DNA of 64,000 bases from Gammaproteobacteria bacterium (GTDB lineage Bacteria; Pseudomonadota; Gammaproteobacteria; Eutrophobiales; Eutrophobiaceae): positions 224,001 to 288,000 of the forward strand of contig OZ220696.1 of NCBI GenBank assembly GCA_965116495.1. Direction: 5' to 3'. Position 1 is the first letter of the stretch. Every line of letters starts with the position of its first letter. Below are positions 60,156 through 64,000 of this stretch, piece by piece. Both the position numbers and the translations under genes were made by a program. A model generated the notes under the pieces. That model did no database searches. It was not told the origin of the DNA and saw only the letters and a list, made by a program, of their open reading frames with translations.

Positions 60156-60641
60156 ATGAAAATTAAAGATTATTTCCGGAGTTTCCTGTTGTGGGAACTG
60201 TTGAAAGGCCTGCGTTTGACGGGGCGTTACTTGTTCAGGCGCAAGATCACTGTGCAATATCCGGAGGAGAAGACCCCCCAGTCGCCTCGCTTCAGGGGCC
60301 TCCATGCGTTGCGCCGATATCCCAATGGTGAAGAGCGTTGTATCGCCTGCAAGTTATGTGAGGCGGTCTGTCCCGCGGTGGCCATCACCATCGAGTCAGA
60401 GCAACGGGATGACGGCACCCGCAGGACGACCCGTTACGATATCGATTTGGCAAAATGCATTTTTTGCGGGTTCTGTGAAGAATCATGTCCGGTCGACTCC
60501 ATTGTTGAGACGCGCATTTACGAATACCACGGCGAACAGCGCTCCGACCTGCTGATGACAAAGCAAAGGTTACTGGAAGTCGGAGACATAGCTGAAGAGC
60601 AGATTGCCCGGGACCGCGCCGCAGAAGCGTTGTATCGGTGA
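60156..60641 (+). CDS. nuoI: NADH-quinone oxidoreductase subunit I
   Basis: Two CxxCxxCxxxCP motifs, RFRGLH. Confidence 0.98.
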   Translation: MKIKDYFRSFLLWELLKGLRLTGRYLFRRKITVQYPEEKTPQSPRFRGLHALRRYPNGEERCIACKLCEAVCPAVAITIESEQRDDGTRRTTRYDIDLAKCIFCGFCEESCPVDSIVETRIYEYHGEQRSDLLMTKQRLLEVGDIAEEQIARDRAAEALYR

Positions 60642-60646
60642 CCCAT

Positions 60647-60883
60647 TAGCTACAGAGGACACAGAGTTGATTGGTTTTAAGAAGCAACAATAGTTCACCA
60701 TTCCCGCGCAAGCGGGACTCCGGTATGCAAACATTCCTTATAAGGAGCTTTGTTGTCTACCGGATTCTGGTCCCTGCCTTCGCAGGGATAAACATTTGCA
60801 GGAATGACGAGCGGAGGGACTGTTCATTCTGTGATCTCTGTGTCCCCCTGCTTAAGGCATACAGGGGCATGCTCTGTGGCAAA
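60647..60883. repeat. Nested palindromic repeat cluster
   Basis: Outer (C/T)ACAGAG / CTCTGTG arms; inner ATTCCCGCGCAAGCGGGA, TCCCTGCCTTCGCAGGGA and CCCCTG...CAGGGG hairpins. Confidence 0.65.
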
Positions 60884-60896
60884 TAATTAAACTCTT

Positions 60897-61502
60897 ATGT
60901 TGGAACAATCCATATTTTATGTTTTTGCGGTCCTGCTGGTGATGTCGGCCTGCATGGTTATTTCCGTGCGCAACCCGGTTCATGCAGCACTTTTTCTGAT
61001 CCTGTCGTTTTTTTGCAGCGCGGCCATCTGGTTGCTATTGGAAGCAGAATTCCTGGCTATTGCGCTGGTGCTGGTCTACGTGGGCGCGGTGATGGTGTTA
61101 TTCCTGTTTGTGGTGATGATGCTGGATATTAACATCTCAACACTGCGGGAAGGATTTTCCCGGTTTTTACCCGTCGGCTTAGCAGTTGCCGTACTGATGC
61201 TGATTGCCATGGGATTGATTGTAGGCGCCGGCCATATTTTGCCTGGTTCAGGGTCAACAGGCGATCAGCTTGCAATCGGCATCGATAATACCCGGTTGCT
61301 CGGCAAGGCACTGTTTACCGAATATATTTACCCTTTCGAGATTGCCGGCGCCATCCTGTTGACCGCGATTATCGCAGCGATCAGTCTGACCATGCGTAAA
61401 CCGCGGGCGCAACGCACGCCCAAAGCCGGGAAACAGGTCAATGTCAAACCAGAGACGCGCGTGCGCCTGGTCGACATGGAGTCGGAGAAGGAAGATGATT
61501 GA
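60897..61502 (+). CDS. nuoJ: NADH-quinone oxidoreductase subunit J
   Basis: NPVHAAL.L, AEF, VYVGAV.VLFLFV.MML, PFE. Confidence 0.97.
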   Translation: MLEQSIFYVFAVLLVMSACMVISVRNPVHAALFLILSFFCSAAIWLLLEAEFLAIALVLVYVGAVMVLFLFVVMMLDINISTLREGFSRFLPVGLAVAVLMLIAMGLIVGAGHILPGSGSTGDQLAIGIDNTRLLGKALFTEYIYPFEIAGAILLTAIIAAISLTMRKPRAQRTPKAGKQVNVKPETRVRLVDMESEKEDD

Positions 61503-61800
61503 ACTGGCCGAAGTCCTGACATTAGCCGCGTTACTGTTCTGCATCAGTGTGGCGGGCGTTTTTATCAACAGGAAGAACGTCATTATTTTATTGATGTGCA
61601 TCGAATTGATGCTGCTGTCCGTGAATTTGAACTTCATCGCGTTTTCCCATTTCCTCGGTGATATTCACGGCCAGGTTTTTGTCTTCTTCATCCTGACTGT
61701 TGCCGCGGCTGAAGCTGCGATCGGTCTTGCGATCCTGGTGGTTCTGTTTCGCAATCGAAATACCATAAACGTTGTAGACCTGGATAGTCTTAAGGGATAG
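61495..61800 (+). CDS. nuoK: NADH-quinone oxidoreductase subunit K
   Basis: [26 protein letters not shown]. Confidence 0.97.
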   Translation: MIELAEVLTLAALLFCISVAGVFINRKNVIILLMCIELMLLSVNLNFIAFSHFLGDIHGQVFVFFILTVAAAEAAIGLAILVVLFRNRNTINVVDLDSLKG

Positions 61801-61805
61801 CACTG

Positions 61806-63776
61806 GTGGATAATATGGAACATATCTATCTTGCGATCGTGCTGGCGCCACTAGCCGGAGCGATAATCGCCGGCCTGGCAGGTCACCTTATCGGCAGGAG
61901 TGGTGCACACTGGGTGACCATAATCGGAGTCGGTATTTCCACGGTGTTATCCCTGGTTGCTTACAAACACCTCATGTTTGACGGTGGTGAGGTCTATAAC
62001 GCCGGGATATATACCTGGCTGACGCTCGGCGAACTGGAATTCACGGTGGGATTCCTGGTGGACCAGTTATCCGTGACCATGATGGTGGTAGTGACTTTCG
62101 TTTCCTGGATGATTCATATTTATACCATCGGCTATATGCACGACGACCCGGGATACCAGCGATTTTTCAGTTACATCTCGCTGTTTACCTTCGCCATGCT
62201 GGTGCTGGTGATGTCGAACAATTTCGTCCAGTTGTTTTTCGGCTGGGAAGCGGTCGGGTTGGTGTCCTACCTGTTGATCGGTTTCTGGTTTAAACGTGAA
62301 TCAGCCATTTTTGCCGGCCTGAAAGCATTTATCGTCAACCGGGTGGGCGATTTCGGCTTCCTGACCGGTATTGCTGCGGTCCTGATGTATTTCAATTCTC
62401 TGGATTATGTGCAGGTATTCGACCAGGCCGGGGCGCACGTGGAGTCGACAATTTCCCTTATCCCCGGGCTTGAATGGTCCGCACTGACCTTTATCTGTAT
62501 CTGCCTGTTTATCGGCGCAATGGGAAAATCCGCACAGGTTCCCCTGCATGTCTGGCTGCCTGATTCCATGGAGGGTCCAACGCCTATTTCTGCGTTAATT
62601 CACGCAGCCACGATGGTGACGGCGGGCATTTTCATGGTGGCGCGTATGTCGCCCCTGTATGAGTTGTCCGAGGTCGCCCTCAGCCTGATCTTGCTGGTTG
62701 GCGCGCTGACGGCTTTTTTCATGGGCCTGCTGGGACTGGTCCAGCATGACATCAAACGGGTGGTTGCCTATTCAACCCTATCCCAATTAGGGTATATGAC
62801 CGTGGCGCTGGGCGCGTCCGCCTACTCTGTCGCGATCTTTCACCTGGTGACGCACGCTTTTTTCAAGGCCTTGCTGTTCCTGGCCGCAGGATCCGTGATC
62901 ATTGCGCTGCACCATGAGCAGGACATGCGCAAGATGGGGGGGCTGTACCGTTATATGCCGGTAACATGGTTTACCGCGCTGGTTGGTTCTCTTGCACTGG
63001 TCGGTTTCCCGCCGACGTCCGGGTTTTTCTCGAAGGATGCCATTATCGAGGCGGTCCATTACTCACAACTCCCGGGCGCCGGTATCGCCTACGCGGCCGT
63101 GTTGTCCGGCGTTTTCATTACGGCGCTGTATACATTCCGGTTATTTTTTCTGACCTTCCATGGCGAGGAACGGATGGACCGGCATACCTGGGAACATCTG
63201 AAAGAATCGTCGGGAGTCGTTACCGTACCACTGTTCATCCTCGCAATACCTTCTCTTGTCATCGGCGCTTTCCTGGTCGGGCCCATGGTGCTGGGTGATT
63301 ATTATGTGGACGCGATCCGCGTGTCCGCGGAGCATGCCGGCGGCCTGCAGGAAATAGCTGCACATTATTCCGGCGCGTTAGATTTTGTGGTGAATTCGTA
63401 CAAGCATGCCCCCGTCTGGCTGGCCTTGTCAGGGATATTTGTTGCCTGGTTGTGTTATATCAGGTTCCCGCATTGGCCGGGTAAGATTGCCGGCCTGTTT
63501 GCCGTACCATACCGGCTGCTTGTCAGAAAATATTATTTTGATGAAGTCTACCAGGCTGTTTTTGCCGATGGCGCCCGTAATGCCGGCAATTCGCTCTGGC
63601 AATGGGGCGACGTACGTATAATCGACGACTTCCTGGTTAACGGAACAGCCCGGATGGTACGCCGGTTTTCGGCTTTAATAAGAAGGCTGCAAACCGGTTA
63701 TCTGTACCACTATGCCTTCGCCATGATTATCGGCCTGTTATTACTGCTGGCTGTGTTCGTCCACCAGTTAGTCTAA
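61806..63776 (+). CDS. nuoL: NADH-quinone oxidoreductase subunit L
   Basis: GWE.VGL.SY.LI, NRVGD, GKSAQ.PLH.WLPDSMEGPTP, HAFFKALLF. Confidence 0.98.
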   Translation: MDNMEHIYLAIVLAPLAGAIIAGLAGHLIGRSGAHWVTIIGVGISTVLSLVAYKHLMFDGGEVYNAGIYTWLTLGELEFTVGFLVDQLSVTMMVVVTFVSWMIHIYTIGYMHDDPGYQRFFSYISLFTFAMLVLVMSNNFVQLFFGWEAVGLVSYLLIGFWFKRESAIFAGLKAFIVNRVGDFGFLTGIAAVLMYFNSLDYVQVFDQAGAHVESTISLIPGLEWSALTFICICLFIGAMGKSAQVPLHVWLPDSMEGPTPISALIHAATMVTAGIFMVARMSPLYELSEVALSLILLVGALTAFFMGLLGLVQHDIKRVVAYSTLSQLGYMTVALGASAYSVAIFHLVTHAFFKALLFLAAGSVIIALHHEQDMRKMGGLYRYMPVTWFTALVGSLALVGFPPTSGFFSKDAIIEAVHYSQLPGAGIAYAAVLSGVFITALYTFRLFFLTFHGEERMDRHTWEHLKESSGVVTVPLFILAIPSLVIGAFLVGPMVLGDYYVDAIRVSAEHAGGLQEIAAHYSGALDFVVNSYKHAPVWLALSGIFVAWLCYIRFPHWPGKIAGLFAVPYRLLVRKYYFDEVYQAVFADGARNAGNSLWQWGDVRIIDDFLVNGTARMVRRFSALIRRLQTGYLYHYAFAMIIGLLLLLAVFVHQLV

Positions 63777-63924
63777 GTCCGGATATTGCGCCAGTCCGCT
63801 TGGAGGAAGACTATAATTTTCTTACAATCAAGTAGTTACATGACAAATTCTAACTTTTATGCCGTTCTAAACTGCGCTGGATGCGCCCTCGCTTGTCTTT
63901 TTGGCGCTGACGGGCACGTGCTCA

Positions 63925-63995
63925 TTGCGCCCATCCCTGGACGCAACCCTTCGGGCGGCTATCGCCGTGCAAATCGGCTGTCCTGCCGATTTGTC
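63925..63995. repeat. Multi-hairpin intergenic repeat element (runs to window edge)
   Basis: TTGCGCCCA/TGGACGCAA, CCCTTCGGG and CAAATCGGC-N6-GCCGATTTG hairpins in series. Confidence 0.5.
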
Positions 63996-64000
63996 CCTCA

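Noticed and set aside
63925-64000. tRNA gene
   Set aside because: Hairpins are present but there is no cloverleaf or T-loop GTTCRA within the window

Overview
Gammaproteobacterial chromosome segment with three zones. (1) 1-13.8 kb: the conserved housekeeping run rseP-bamA-skp-lpxD-fabZ-lpxA-lpxB-rnhB-dnaE-accA-tilS. (2) 13.8-51.8 kb: an accessory region with no integrase. It contains a 263-bp structured MITE in two copies, whose ends resemble those of a resident IS630 element. That IS630 carries a divergent LexA-like HTH passenger gene and has knocked out a PIN toxin of a Phd-PIN module flanked by ~135-bp diverged direct repeats. Next come HicAB and a Type I R-M operon stuffed with Sir2-HerA, YhcG/DUF1016, an orphan Rpn C-terminal ORF and duplicated hsd gene ends. 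A ~20-kb catabolic island follows, with a TonB receptor, 2 MFS transporters, 4 Asp/Glu/hydantoin-racemase-family genes, 2 M29/NicX-fold paralogues, an LLM oxidoreductase, nitroreductase, DUF6092-like, DUF917, hydantoinase/oxoprolinase, amidohydrolase, TPR-sulfotransferase and a 2OG-Fe(II) oxygenase; no regulator is visible. (3) 51.9-64 kb: nuoA-L with palindromic repeats in several intergenic gaps. I saw no tRNA, rRNA or CRISPR array. All family assignments come from visual motif recognition, not database searches.
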